Origin: an uncultured Planctomycetales bacterium
Lineage (GTDB): Bacteria > Omnitrophota > Gorgyraeia > Gygaellales > Profunditerraquicolaceae
Direction of reading: 5' to 3'
Length of the DNA stretch: 64,000 bases
Assembly (NCBI GenBank): GCA_964427405.1
Contig: CAYRUB010000004.1
Coordinates: forward strand, 4,236-68,235
Under the pieces are notes generated by a model. The model saw nothing but the letters and a program-made list of their open reading frames with translations. It made no database searches and was not told the origin of the DNA. Each line of letters opens with the position of its first letter. Positions within the stretch are counted from its first letter, which is position 1. The position numbers and the translations under genes are program-made. Of this stretch, positions 37,406 to 49,693 are shown in pieces.

Positions 37406-37478
37406 GAGGCGACGAGCGGAATTGAACCGCTGAATAGTTGTTTTGCAGACAACTGCCTTACCACTTGGCTACGTCGCC
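37406..37478 (-). tRNA. tRNA-Cys (anticodon GCA)
   Basis: GGCGACGTAGCCAAGTGGTAAGGCAGTTGTCTGCAAAACAACTATTCAGCGGTTCAATTCCGCTCGTCGCCT. Anticodon loop CTGCAAA. U73 discriminator as expected for Cys. Confidence 0.85.
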
Positions 37479-37483
37479 AAAAA

Positions 37484-38029
37484 CTATAAATATTTTTTTA
37501 CTTCCTTAACAATATCCTCTGTCTCTGCTAAACAACCTAACCCCACCTTGCCGCAGGCAAGCACGCCTTTACGCGGTGCAATAAATTTATAACCACAAGA
37601 TTTTAATTTCGCGATATTACTTTGGGTAATCTTGTTATTATACATAAACTCATTCATTGCCGGGGCGATTAAAACTCTTGCCTTGCTTGCGCAAACCATA
37701 CAGGTTAAAAGATCATCACAAATACCTGCGGAAATTTTGGCAATTATATTCGCTGTTGCCGGGGCGATCAAAATTAAATCCGCCTCTTGCGCCAAGGACA
37801 CATGTTCAATCTCCCAGGTATCCGGATCATCAAAAATACCCGCTCGATAAACCCTATTCCCGCTTAAACTTGCGAAAACAATCGGCTTAATCAGCTCCTC
37901 TGCCTCTTTAGTCATAACTACCTTAACCGTAAAACCATATTCCTTAAACTTCCGGATAAGTTCGCACGCTTTATAAATCGCAATACTAGCAGTTACGCCT
38001 AAAATAATATTTTTCCTGGGCTTCTCCAT
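37484..38029 (-). CDS. coaC: phosphopantothenoylcysteine decarboxylase (flavoprotein; stand-alone CoaC half)
   Basis: 181 aa; ILGVTASIAIYKA...PAMNEFMYNNKITQSNI...; only the decarboxylase domain, no CoaB domain in this ORF. Confidence 0.75.
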   Translation of the reverse strand: MEKPRKNIILGVTASIAIYKACELIRKFKEYGFTVKVVMTKEAEELIKPIVFASLSGNRVYRAGIFDDPDTWEIEHVSLAQEADLILIAPATANIIAKISAGICDDLLTCMVCASKARVLIAPAMNEFMYNNKITQSNIAKLKSCGYKFIAPRKGVLACGKVGLGCLAETEDIVKEVKKYL

Positions 38030-38034
38030 TATTT

Positions 38035-38244
38035 TTATTCTTTTGTTTTTATTACTCTGGCCTCTATCTTACCCTGCTCAATCTCATGCAGGGCCACTGT
38101 AGAAGGCTTCGCGGAAGCCTCATCCACAACTAATCTTGGCTGCCCCTCAGCAAGCTCTAAGGCCCTTTTGGAGGCCAGAATAACCAGCTTATAAATAGAA
38201 CCCAAACTCTTATCTAAAAGTTTCTCTCTGCCACGATATCCCAT
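38035..38244 (-). CDS. rpoZ: DNA-directed RNA polymerase subunit omega
   Basis: 69 aa; SIYKLVILASKRALEL...; conserved gmk-rpoZ pairing. Confidence 0.8.
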   Translation of the reverse strand: MGYRGREKLLDKSLGSIYKLVILASKRALELAEGQPRLVVDEASAKPSTVALHEIEQGKIEARVIKTKE

Positions 38245-38264
38245 CTTTTACCCCCAAGTAATTG

Positions 38265-38864
38265 TTAAATGCCGCTTTCCTTTAAAAATATCTTCTTTAA
38301 TTCTTTAAGAGCAATCCGCAGGTTCTGGTTCAGAATGCGATAATCAAATTGTGCGGCTGCCAAGATTTCCCGTTTCGCCAGACGCAGACGCTGCGTTACT
38401 TCTTTTTTATTAGTCTCTCTGCAACGGCCTTCAATCCTTGCCTTAAGCACGCTAAGTGAAGGCGGAAGGACAAAAACTGTTACCGAATTATAGGGATAGA
38501 TTTTCTTAAGAATCCTTGCGCCCTTAAGGTCTAAACATAAACCAAGATGTTTGCCTTTTTTAAGCCGGTTTTCTACCAGCTCTCTAGGCGTTCCGTAATA
38601 ATAGCCCAAATACCTTGTCCATTCAAGAATTTTTTTCGCTTTTAACAAGCGCCTAAATTCGCCTTTGCTAATAAAAAAATAGTCCTTACCCTGCTTCTCC
38701 CCTAAGCGCCTGGGCCGGGTAGTAACAGAGCGTGATTTTTCCAGCAATTTAGCTATTTTTCTATCTTGGATTAATCTAGTCAGAAGGGTAGTTTTACCTG
38801 AGCCCGAAGGCCCGGAGATTATAAAAATTTTACCTGGCTTATTTTGTATTTTTTTGGCTTTCAC
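38265..38864 (-). CDS. gmk: guanylate kinase
   Basis: 199 aa; P-loop ISGPSGSGKTTL and YYGT motif. Confidence 0.9.
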   Translation of the reverse strand: MKAKKIQNKPGKIFIISGPSGSGKTTLLTRLIQDRKIAKLLEKSRSVTTRPRRLGEKQGKDYFFISKGEFRRLLKAKKILEWTRYLGYYYGTPRELVENRLKKGKHLGLCLDLKGARILKKIYPYNSVTVFVLPPSLSVLKARIEGRCRETNKKEVTQRLRLAKREILAAAQFDYRILNQNLRIALKELKKIFLKESGI

Positions 38865-39691
38865 TACTCGATATTCTGCACTTGTTCGCGGATCTTCTCA
38901 ATCTGGCTTTTCATCTGTACTGCACGCCCTGAAATAACCAGATCAAAAGACTTCGCCGCCAAGGTATTGGCCTCGCGTTGCATCTCCTGAGTAATAAAAT
39001 CCAGCTCCTTGCCAACAGAACCGCCTTTAGCAATCTTCTGTTGAAAATTCTTTATATGAAAACTTAAGCGATCCATTTCTTCAGCGATATCCGCTCCTTT
39101 TAAGAAAGCTAAACGTTCCTCTTCCGCTTTTATCTTGCGGAGCCTTATTTTTACTGCCGAGCCGAACCTGCGCTTAATTAAAACTAAATCTTTTTTAAGT
39201 AACTCGCTTCTGTTTTTTAGTAAAACTGCCAAAGCCCTGCCCTCCTTCTGCCGCGTCTTTAACAACTCTAAAAGCGCCTGCTGAAGCAAGGGTTTAAGAT
39301 GCTCCCAAATATGCGTACCCGCCGGTTTATTTTCCTTAAGCGACAAGATACCCGGCAGCCGGATTAAAGAATCCAGAGCCAACCCATCTTTAATCTTAAA
39401 CTCCTTTTTTATATCATTTAACTCATGCAAATAATTCTTCAAAAGCTTGCGGTTTACAAATATACCCTGTGCCTCTTTACCCTTTATGTTTATGGCACAG
39501 AAAATTCTGCCCCGCCTGATTTTTGCCTCAATCTCTTTTTTTAATTTGTCCTCAATAGAAAGCATTCCTTCCGGCAGATGAAAAACGGTCTCCAGGAACT
39601 TATGGTTAGTACATCTTAATTCCACGCAAATTCTGCCGATAGAATCAATTTCTGCTTCTTGGCTGCCGAAACCAGTCATACTGCTAATCAT
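38864..39691 (-). CDS. yicC: YicC-family protein
   Basis: Start taken at the internal MISSMTGFG (the family's canonical N-terminus). That ATG lies 2 nt after the ndk stop. The 30 extra codons in the track ORF overlap ndk and are probably not translated. Confidence 0.75.
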   Translation of the reverse strand: MISSMTGFGSQEAEIDSIGRICVELRCTNHKFLETVFHLPEGMLSIEDKLKKEIEAKIRRGRIFCAINIKGKEAQGIFVNRKLLKNYLHELNDIKKEFKIKDGLALDSLIRLPGILSLKENKPAGTHIWEHLKPLLQQALLELLKTRQKEGRALAVLLKNRSELLKKDLVLIKRRFGSAVKIRLRKIKAEEERLAFLKGADIAEEMDRLSFHIKNFQQKIAKGGSVGKELDFITQEMQREANTLAAKSFDLVISGRAVQMKSQIEKIREQVQNIE

Positions 39692-39693
39692 TT

Positions 39694-40197
39694 TTAGCTC
39701 CAAACCTTGCTTACTATTTCTTCCCGCATTAAATCTTTTGTCGAATAAAGATCCACAATGATCTCGTCCGGCGCAAACCAAAGCTTGATCTCCCTTTCGG
39801 CTTCGGATTCATTGGATGAAACATGAATTACATTTTCGTAAACTCCGGATGTGGTTATCCTGCCATAAGAACCCCGGATAGAGGTCGACTCGGCTTCCTC
39901 GGGATTGGTAGCTCCTGCTAATTCCCGACATTTTTTAATCGCGTCCTCTCCCCAATAAACCAGGGCCATGACTTTCTTGCGATCGTGCAACTGCCCCTGG
40001 AGATATTTAATAATTTCCCCAAAAAACGGCTTATCTTTTAAATGCTTATAATGTTCTTCGGCCAACTCTTTTGATACGCGCACCATTTTTGCGGCGACGA
40101 TTTCAAGTTTTGTCTCGGATAAACGTGTAAGGATATTTCCGGTGAGCGACTTCTTTAACCCGTCGGGCTTGATAAGAATTAAAACTGCCTGTTCCAT
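39694..40197 (-). CDS. ndk: nucleoside-diphosphate kinase-like protein
   Basis: 167 aa; LILIKPDG...NVIHVSSNESEAEREIKLWF, NDK fold motifs including the active-site His region. Confidence 0.7.
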   Translation of the reverse strand: MEQAVLILIKPDGLKKSLTGNILTRLSETKLEIVAAKMVRVSKELAEEHYKHLKDKPFFGEIIKYLQGQLHDRKKVMALVYWGEDAIKKCRELAGATNPEEAESTSIRGSYGRITTSGVYENVIHVSSNESEAEREIKLWFAPDEIIVDLYSTKDLMREEIVSKVWS

Positions 40198-40200
40198 TAT

Positions 40201-41058
40201 TTATTTCCCTCCTTTAATTACATTGACGATACGCTCAAGATCTTCTTGAGAATAAAATTCAATATTAATATGACCGCGCTTTTTCCTTTTACTGATCCTG
40301 ACCTTGGTAGCTAAAGCATGTTGCAACTGCTCTTCCAAAATAGCAACCAATGGTTCACGCTGGCCCTGGCCAATTTTTCTTTTTATTAATTTTGGCCGGT
40401 TGCTTTTAATCAAACTCTCCAGCTCGCGCACAGAAAGCCCCTTAGAAATAATATCTTGAACAAGTTTACGCTGATGGTTTGCATCTTCTATCTCTAGCAG
40501 GGCGCGGCCATGCGCAAAACTAATGCGCCCATTTTTCATCTCTTCTTGAATCTCATGGGGAAGCTTAAGCAACCGTAACGTGTTAGTAATAGTAGCCCTT
40601 GCCTTACCTAAAACTTCGCTTATTTTTTCCTGAGTAACTTTAAATTTATCTATTAAGTGTTGATAAGCATGTGCTTCTTCAATAGGATTCAACCCCTCCC
40701 TCTGAATGTTTTCAATTAGAGCCAACTCTAGGGAATCTTGATCGCTTACATCGCGCACAATAACCGGTATCTCCTTTAGGCCCAAGATGTTAGAAGCACG
40801 AAACCTTCGTTCTCCAGCAATTAATTCATAATTATCCCCCCTGCGTCTAACCAAAAGTGGCTGTATAACTCCTTTTTCTCTAATAGACTGAGATAATTCT
40901 TCTATACTTGCCTGGTCAAAGCTTTCTCTTGGTTGAAAGGGATTCGGTTTTATTTGTCCAGACTGGACATAAATAATCTCTTCTTTATGTGTTTCGCCTT
41001 CAACCGTTCTCTCTGGAATTAATGCGCTTAAACCTTTTCCTAAAGCCCGTCTTTCCAT
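40201..41058 (-). CDS. parB: chromosome partitioning protein ParB
   Basis: 285 aa; ParB box GLNPIEEAHAYQHL and an HTH. Confidence 0.85.
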   Translation of the reverse strand: MERRALGKGLSALIPERTVEGETHKEEIIYVQSGQIKPNPFQPRESFDQASIEELSQSIREKGVIQPLLVRRRGDNYELIAGERRFRASNILGLKEIPVIVRDVSDQDSLELALIENIQREGLNPIEEAHAYQHLIDKFKVTQEKISEVLGKARATITNTLRLLKLPHEIQEEMKNGRISFAHGRALLEIEDANHQRKLVQDIISKGLSVRELESLIKSNRPKLIKRKIGQGQREPLVAILEEQLQHALATKVRISKRKKRGHINIEFYSQEDLERIVNVIKGGK

Positions 41059-41855
41059 TAAGACTCTCCTTGTCCCTGTGGGATTTTTGAATTCAACGGT
41101 AAACCTAATATTTCTTTACTAAGCTCTTCATATTTTTGAGCACCAAGAGAACCCGGGTCATACAAAGCAATGGGTTTTCCAAAACTTGGCGCCTCGGTTA
41201 AACGAACATTCCTGGGAATCACGGTCTTATAAACTTTCTCCTTAAAATGATTGCGCGCCTCTTGAATAACTTCCTTAGTGAGGTTAGTGCGGAAATCTGC
41301 CATAGTCAAAAGCACACCTTCAATTCCTAGGGATGGATTAAGATTTTCTTTCACAAGTCTAATGGTATTATGTAGTTGCGTCAATCCTTCCAGGGCATAA
41401 TATTCACATTGCACTGGGATTATAACTGAATCAGCAGCGCATAAACCATTGATTGTAAGTAACCCCAGGGAGGGAGGTGAATCGATAATCAAGAAATCAA
41501 AATTTTCTTTTTCTTTTTGTAAAGCTCTTTTTAGTCTATATTCCCGGCCTAATGCCCCAACTAACTCTACTTCTGCTCCGGTTAAATCTAAATTAGAAGG
41601 CGCAAGCGTAAGGTTATCAATACCAGTCTTCTGCAAAATATCAACAAGCTCGGATTCTTCAAGAAGAATATGATATGTGCTTTTTTTAATATCATGCTTG
41701 TTTATCCCAATTCCGCTGGTTGCGTTTGCCTGAGGATCCAAATCAATCAGCATAACTTTCTTGCCTGACATAGCTAGATATGCTGCGAGGTTAATGGAAG
41801 TAGTAGTTTTACCTACTCCGCCCTTTTGATTACAGATTGCGATTATTTTACCCAT
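41058..41855 (-). CDS. parA: chromosome partitioning ATPase ParA/Soj
   Basis: Deviant Walker A MGKIIAICNQKGGVGKTTT. Start placed at the internal ATG matching canonical Soj. The track ORF extends 13 codons further, to 41894. Confidence 0.85.
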   Translation of the reverse strand: MGKIIAICNQKGGVGKTTTSINLAAYLAMSGKKVMLIDLDPQANATSGIGINKHDIKKSTYHILLEESELVDILQKTGIDNLTLAPSNLDLTGAEVELVGALGREYRLKRALQKEKENFDFLIIDSPPSLGLLTINGLCAADSVIIPVQCEYYALEGLTQLHNTIRLVKENLNPSLGIEGVLLTMADFRTNLTKEVIQEARNHFKEKVYKTVIPRNVRLTEAPSFGKPIALYDPGSLGAQKYEELSKEILGLPLNSKIPQGQGES

Positions 41856-41935
41856 TGATATTGCTGTAGTTACGCTTAGTTCCCCGGGAAACATCCCTTT
41901 TGACTAAATCAATTATCTCAAAACTAAAACGAATG

Positions 41936-42136
41936 TCAAGTGTTTTCTTTATTTGAAATCGCGCTTACGCGCACCTTAGCAGGCTTAGCTCCAGGCATAC
42001 CAAAAAGACCTTTTTTCTCTTCAGATAGAACCTGTATTTTTACACTTTTTCGTGGCAGCTTTAATTCTAGTAAGGCCTTTTGTATGGCCTCTTCAACCGT
42101 GTTACCCTCAACTTCTAAATATTTTAGTCTTTTCAT
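41936..42136 (-). CDS. Jag/KhpB N-terminal-domain-only protein
   Basis: 66 aa. Sits at the jag position downstream of yidC (4-nt overlap). Resembles the Jag_N domain. KH and R3H domains are absent. Confidence 0.45.
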   Translation of the reverse strand: MKRLKYLEVEGNTVEEAIQKALLELKLPRKSVKIQVLSEEKKGLFGMPGAKPAKVRVSAISNKENT

Positions 42137-43662
42137 TTTTGTTTATTCATGCGCATTTGATAAACAAGCATTAACGCGCTATTTACAAACCAATAAAGCA
42201 CTAATCCTGATGGCATCTGGTAAAAAATAACCCCAAACATAATAGGCATAATAATGGACATCATTTTTTGCTGTTGAGCTGCTTCTCCAGTTGCTTTAAC
42301 CATAGAAATCTTTTGTTGCACAAACATACCTATAGCCATTAAAATTGGTAAAATATTAACCTGGTTACCTAAAAGGGGTATTGAATTCTTAAAGGTAAAA
42401 ATCTGATCCGGAGAAGAAAGATCTTTAATCCAAAGAAAATGTGCGCCCCTTAAGGCTACTGAACGAATCAATGCCTGATACAGAGCAAAGAAGATCGGCA
42501 TCTGCAATAACAAGGGCAGGCAACCTCCAAGTGGGTTAACCTTATGCTCTTTATATAGTTCCATTATTTCCTTGTTCAATCTTTGGGGATTGTCCTTAAG
42601 CTCTTTACGCAAAGCTTCTATTTTAGGCTGTAAAGCTTGCATTTCTTTCATAGAACGCATTTGCTTTAACGAAAGAGGGAAAAGCAGAAAATAAACTGCG
42701 ATACTTAATATTATTATTGCTAAACCCCAATTATGCACTAAGCTATAAAAAAATCCCAATAACTGTAAAAGCAGCTGAGCGATAAAATCAAAGACACCAT
42801 AATAAATAATCCCTGTCCATTCTGGTTTAATACTGTTAATAGTTTTTAAATCCTGCGGCCCCAAATAGATATGATATAAATGTCCAATCTGTTTACCAGG
42901 ATTTAGCTTAAATTCGGTGTTTAATATTCCTACTTCAGATTCCTGGGGGCTAATCTTCTTAATATAGGCTCCGGCCACCGCATCAGCTGGCTCAAGAATA
43001 GCACAAAAATATTGATCGCGTAATCCAATAGAATTTACATCCTTAGTAGTAAATTCTTTCCCCGCTGAAATATGTACTGATTTTTCTTTACCGTTTAGGA
43101 AAATATCCTGGTAGCGCGACTGGGTATTTTTAGCGGAAAGATCCAGCCGGCCTAAAACTATTTGAGAATTGAAAAGAAGGGGGGAAGGTGACAAGTTTTG
43201 AGTCTTAATCTCTAAGTCTATGACATAACTATTGTTAGGAATAATATACTTCTTAACAATACGCTTATCTTTATCCTGATAAACAAACGAAATCTGCTCT
43301 TTGCTTATACTCTCTTGTTTGAACAAATTACTGGCATCGCTGAGCAAGCCAATTTTAAGCGGCAGGCGATGTTCGAGTTTGTTTTTAAAAACCACTTCTA
43401 CAATAGCAGCTCTGGCTGGATCAAAAATAATATCCCGGCTATCTTGAGTGAATTTCACAACCTCTTTTACGGGATCCAGAACAGGCGGGGTTAAAGTTGC
43501 TACCTGGTTATTGGATGAATTTTGCTGTACTGGAGCATTTATTTGTACCTTATCAGCTATAACTCCTTTATTATCAAGTATTTGCGATTTAGGGGCCAAG
43601 GCTGACCAGCTCAATAAAACTAACAAAGATAAAGCGATAGCTAATACTAAACGTTTTTCCAT
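42133..43662 (-). CDS. yidC: membrane protein insertase YidC
   Basis: 509 aa; N-terminal TM, large periplasmic domain, conserved C-terminal 5-TM core (GCLPLLLQMPIFFALY). Confidence 0.85.
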   Translation of the reverse strand: MEKRLVLAIALSLLVLLSWSALAPKSQILDNKGVIADKVQINAPVQQNSSNNQVATLTPPVLDPVKEVVKFTQDSRDIIFDPARAAIVEVVFKNKLEHRLPLKIGLLSDASNLFKQESISKEQISFVYQDKDKRIVKKYIIPNNSYVIDLEIKTQNLSPSPLLFNSQIVLGRLDLSAKNTQSRYQDIFLNGKEKSVHISAGKEFTTKDVNSIGLRDQYFCAILEPADAVAGAYIKKISPQESEVGILNTEFKLNPGKQIGHLYHIYLGPQDLKTINSIKPEWTGIIYYGVFDFIAQLLLQLLGFFYSLVHNWGLAIIILSIAVYFLLFPLSLKQMRSMKEMQALQPKIEALRKELKDNPQRLNKEIMELYKEHKVNPLGGCLPLLLQMPIFFALYQALIRSVALRGAHFLWIKDLSSPDQIFTFKNSIPLLGNQVNILPILMAIGMFVQQKISMVKATGEAAQQQKMMSIIMPIMFGVIFYQMPSGLVLYWFVNSALMLVYQMRMNKQK

Positions 43663-43667
43663 ATATT

Positions 43668-43892
43668 TTATGTTAAGGGATCATAACCTGACTGACCAGA
43701 AAAAGGATGACAACGCAGAATCCTTTTTAGCCCCTTACATCCTCCTTTAATTAACCCATATTTTAAAATTGCTTGTCTTGTATATTCGGAACAACCAGGC
43801 TCAAAGCGACAGGTTGCCGGAATAACCGGTCTTATATACTTCTGATATGCAGCTATCAAATTAAGCGTTAGGTTCGCTGGCGTTAAATACAA
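43668..43892 (-). CDS. yidD: membrane protein insertion efficiency factor YidD
   Basis: 74 aa from the TTG at 43890-43892, which sits 6 nt after an AGGAGA Shine-Dalgarno. Signature LIAAYQKYIRPVIPATCRFEPGCSEY. The track ORF is over-extended upstream through rpmH. Confidence 0.7.
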   Translation of the reverse strand: MYLTPANLTLNLIAAYQKYIRPVIPATCRFEPGCSEYTRQAILKYGLIKGGCKGLKRILRCHPFSGQSGYDPLT

Positions 43893-43905
43893 AGCGTCTC
43901 TCCTA

Positions 43906-44043
43906 TCACACACAGAGACGCTTCCTGCCTTTGCTCCGTCGACGTGCCAAAGTCTTTCGCCCGGACTTGGTAGACATTTTTTTGCGAAAACCTTGGCTTC
44001 TCTTGCCGACAATATTTGTTGGCGTGGTTAAATTTTTCTTCAT
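43906..44043 (-). CDS. rpmH: 50S ribosomal protein L34
   Basis: My manual reverse-strand translation gives [45 protein letters not shown] (45 aa), the classic bL34 pattern. Not in the ORF track because it is under 60 aa. Confidence 0.8.
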   Translation of the reverse strand: MKKNLTTPTNIVGKRSQGFRKKMSTKSGRKTLARRRSKGRKRLCV

Positions 44044-44381
44044 TTTAAATTCTCCTTGTTTTATCCCTCCAGCTTATTACAAAAACAGTTTGAGGGAAAT
44101 TGTGAAAATCACTCAAGCGCTTTTCTTGATTTTTGTGAATTGTAACACACATTCACCTGGCGGTCAAGTTTTTTATTGACGTTCTAACATATTATTGTAT
44201 AATAACTGACGTTTATCTTTTTTGCTTGCAAGGATTTTTGACTCTGTTATAATAGCTGTGTTTTAGCTAAATCCATGATCACATTTTTATCCACAGATTT
44301 ATGCAAGTTGTGTATAAACTGTTAATTCTGTTACAACAGCAAGAGGGAAATTTGCCAGTAATATAAGTTTTTATCAACGGG
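44044..44381. promoter_or_regulatory. oriC: putative chromosomal replication origin (oriC) and dnaA promoter region between divergent rpmH and dnaA
   Basis: Perfect DnaA boxes TTATCCACA (44287-44295, +) and TTATACACA (complement of 44309-44317). Weaker boxes at 44101-44109 and 44370-44378. AT-rich tract 44160-44225. Tandem promoters TTGACG-n16-TATAAT (44176-44203) and TTGCAA-n16-TATAAT (44226-44253) facing dnaA. Gene-strand polarity switches here. Confidence 0.6.
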
Positions 44382-45725
44382 GTGGACATGTTGGAGCTTA
44401 CTAAAAACTGGGAAGAGGCGCAGGGTGATTTGAAATCCAAGCTAGGAGAGACTATTTTCGCTACCTGGATATCGCCGTTAAAATTTTTTGCCGCAGATAA
44501 ACAGAATATCAACCTTGAGGCACCAGACCAATTTTTCAAAGACTGGGTTGAAAAACACTACCTCGGACTTATCCAGGAAACCTTAAAAAATAAAGGCTTG
44601 AATAATCTGTTAGTAAAACTAACCGTGGGAAGCCCTCAAGAGAATTTGCACATACTCAATAAAACTAATGAGACAAATGTTAAGAGCGTTCCCGCGGCAA
44701 GTTTTGTTAACCTAAACTCGCGCTATACTTTTGAAAACTTTGTAGTCGGACCGGCGAATCGACATGCTCACGCCTATTCGCTTGCTGTCGCTAACTCGCC
44801 GGCTAAAACATATAATCCGCTGTTTATTTATGGCGGCGTAGGGCTGGGTAAAACACATCTTATCCAGGCCATCTGTCATCAAATAAAAAATAGCGGCCCC
44901 GCAGGAACAAAAATATGTTACGTATCTAGCGAAAAATTTACTAACGAACTGATTGATGCCATTTTACACCGCACCACATCGAGCTTCCGGCAAAAATACC
45001 GCAATCTTGATGTTCTGGTTATTGATGACATCCACTTTATTGCTGGTAAAGAATCCACGCAGGAAGAATTTTTTCATACCTTTAATGCCCTATATGATGC
45101 GCACAAACAAATCGTATTTTCCTCTGACCGGCCACCTAAAGAAATTACTAACCTACAAGAAAGGTTGGTTTCGCGGTTTGGTTGGGGACTAGCTACAGAC
45201 ATCCAACCTCCGGATCTAGAAACGCGGGTTGCAATCCTAAAGAAGAAAATTGAACGCGAACCTATTAGCGTACCCGATGATGTGATATTTTTCATCGCTC
45301 AATTAATCAAAACAAATATCCGTGAATTAGAAGGGGCATTAATCAGGACAGTCGCTTATTCTTTATTAGAAGAAGAGCCAGTAACCTTACAGCTGACTAA
45401 AGAAGTACTTAAAGACCTCTTAAAGGAACCGAAGAAATTAATTACTGTGGATTTTATCCAACGCTGTGTGGCTGAAGAGTTTGGGGTATCTTTACAAGAG
45501 TTAAAAACCAAACGACGTAACAAACAAGTTGTATTCCCCCGGCAAATTGCCATGTATTTAAGTAGAGAGTTGACAGATTTATCTCTTCCTGAAGTAGGAG
45601 AACTTTTTGGAGGCAAAGATCATACTACAGTCTTACATTCTTATAAGAAAATTAAAGAAGAGATTTACAAAAACCCAGAGTTAAAAGAACGGGTAGAAAA
45701 AGTTATTCAAGTTATTAAACAGTAA
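44382..45725 (+). CDS. dnaA: chromosomal replication initiator protein DnaA
   Basis: 447 aa; AAA+ (GGVGLGKTHL), sensor motifs, C-terminal DNA-binding domain (VFPRQIAMYLSRELTDLSLPEVGELFGGKDHTTV). Confidence 0.95.
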   Translation: MDMLELTKNWEEAQGDLKSKLGETIFATWISPLKFFAADKQNINLEAPDQFFKDWVEKHYLGLIQETLKNKGLNNLLVKLTVGSPQENLHILNKTNETNVKSVPAASFVNLNSRYTFENFVVGPANRHAHAYSLAVANSPAKTYNPLFIYGGVGLGKTHLIQAICHQIKNSGPAGTKICYVSSEKFTNELIDAILHRTTSSFRQKYRNLDVLVIDDIHFIAGKESTQEEFFHTFNALYDAHKQIVFSSDRPPKEITNLQERLVSRFGWGLATDIQPPDLETRVAILKKKIEREPISVPDDVIFFIAQLIKTNIRELEGALIRTVAYSLLEEEPVTLQLTKEVLKDLLKEPKKLITVDFIQRCVAEEFGVSLQELKTKRRNKQVVFPRQIAMYLSRELTDLSLPEVGELFGGKDHTTVLHSYKKIKEEIYKNPELKERVEKVIQVIKQ

Positions 45726-45869
45726 TTCAAGGGTTATTAGGTAGAATTTTTTGTTCTAATTTACTATTAATATAAAGGGTTGCGCGTTTTTCAACAGAAA
45801 CCTAACCCCTTTAATACTACGACGATATTAAGTTTTTAAATATATATATAAATAGAAGGAGATTAGATA

Positions 45870-46961
45870 ATGAAATTTAAAGTGCAAAAAGATAAGTTAG
45901 TTGTTGCAATTCAAACCGTACAAAATGTAATTACCACAAAATCCGCCCTACCTATTCTCTCTAATATATTAATTGAGACTCAACAGGAGACCATAAGGTT
46001 AACCGCAACAGATTTAGATATAGGGATAACTTGTGTAATTCCTGTGGATATCCAGGAGCAGGGCGCAATTACTATTCCTGCTAAAAGATTTAGTGATATA
46101 GTTAAGGAATTTCCGGTTGATATTGTTAGTGTTACTACTAAAAAGAATAATCTTGTAGTAATTGATTCTGAATTATGCCAGTTTAAAATTATGGGCTTGG
46201 CAAAAGAAGAGTTTCCTAAACTTCCAGAGTTTAAAGATAGAAAAGTTGTTAAAGTTGAGCAAGTGGTTTTAAAGGAGATGTTAGCCTTAACTTCTTTTGC
46301 GGTATCTTTTGATGAAACAAGGTATATTTTAAACGGAATACTTTTTAAGATTAATAAGGGGGTTTTAACCCTTGTTTCTACTGACGGTAAAAGATTAGCG
46401 ATTGCGGAAAGAAAGTTAAATATAGAACTAGATGTTGATTTAAGTATAATTGTTCCAATTAAAACGATACATGAGTTAAACCGCAACCTAAAAGAGGGGG
46501 GAGAGTTATCTTTAGTGGTTGGCAGCAACCAAGCGCTTTTTGATCTGGGGGGAGTGGTAATAATTTCACGCTTAATTGAGGGAGAATTTCCGGATTATAA
46601 GCAAGTTGTTCCTCTGGTATCTGAAAATAAAATGAAGATCGACCGCAGTCAATTCTTATTAGCGGTAAAAAGAGCAGCGCTATTGGCTACTCCGGATTAT
46701 CAGGCGGTAAAATTAGAGGTATTTAAAAATAAACTTGTAATTTCTAAATCCACGCCAGATGTAGGTGAATTTCATGAAGAGCTGGCAGCGGAATATCAGG
46801 GCAGGGAATTGATTATTGGTTTTAATCCGGTTTATTTAATGGATATTTTGAAAAATCTCAGCGATGAAGTTATTAACCTGGAATTAACTGATGGAGAGAA
46901 GCCGGGGGTTATCCGCATCAGCGGTTATATTTACATAGTACTACCTATGCGTATTAATTAA
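45870..46961 (+). CDS. dnaN: DNA polymerase III beta sliding clamp
   Basis: 363 aa, three-domain clamp. Strong AAGGAG RBS 8 nt upstream. Confidence 0.9.
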   Translation: MKFKVQKDKLVVAIQTVQNVITTKSALPILSNILIETQQETIRLTATDLDIGITCVIPVDIQEQGAITIPAKRFSDIVKEFPVDIVSVTTKKNNLVVIDSELCQFKIMGLAKEEFPKLPEFKDRKVVKVEQVVLKEMLALTSFAVSFDETRYILNGILFKINKGVLTLVSTDGKRLAIAERKLNIELDVDLSIIVPIKTIHELNRNLKEGGELSLVVGSNQALFDLGGVVIISRLIEGEFPDYKQVVPLVSENKMKIDRSQFLLAVKRAALLATPDYQAVKLEVFKNKLVISKSTPDVGEFHEELAAEYQGRELIIGFNPVYLMDILKNLSDEVINLELTDGEKPGVIRISGYIYIVLPMRIN

Positions 46962-46965
46962 GAGA

Positions 46966-49691
<2,726 letters not shown>

Positions 49692-49693
49692 CC

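Noticed and set aside
37273-37464. 63-aa minus-strand ORF
   Set aside because: It lies entirely within the tRNA-Val/Leu/Cys cluster, so it is not protein-coding.
39692-39781. 30-codon N-terminal extension of yicC overlapping ndk
   Set aside because: The canonical YicC N-terminus MISSMTGFG begins at the internal ATG, 2 nt after the ndk stop.
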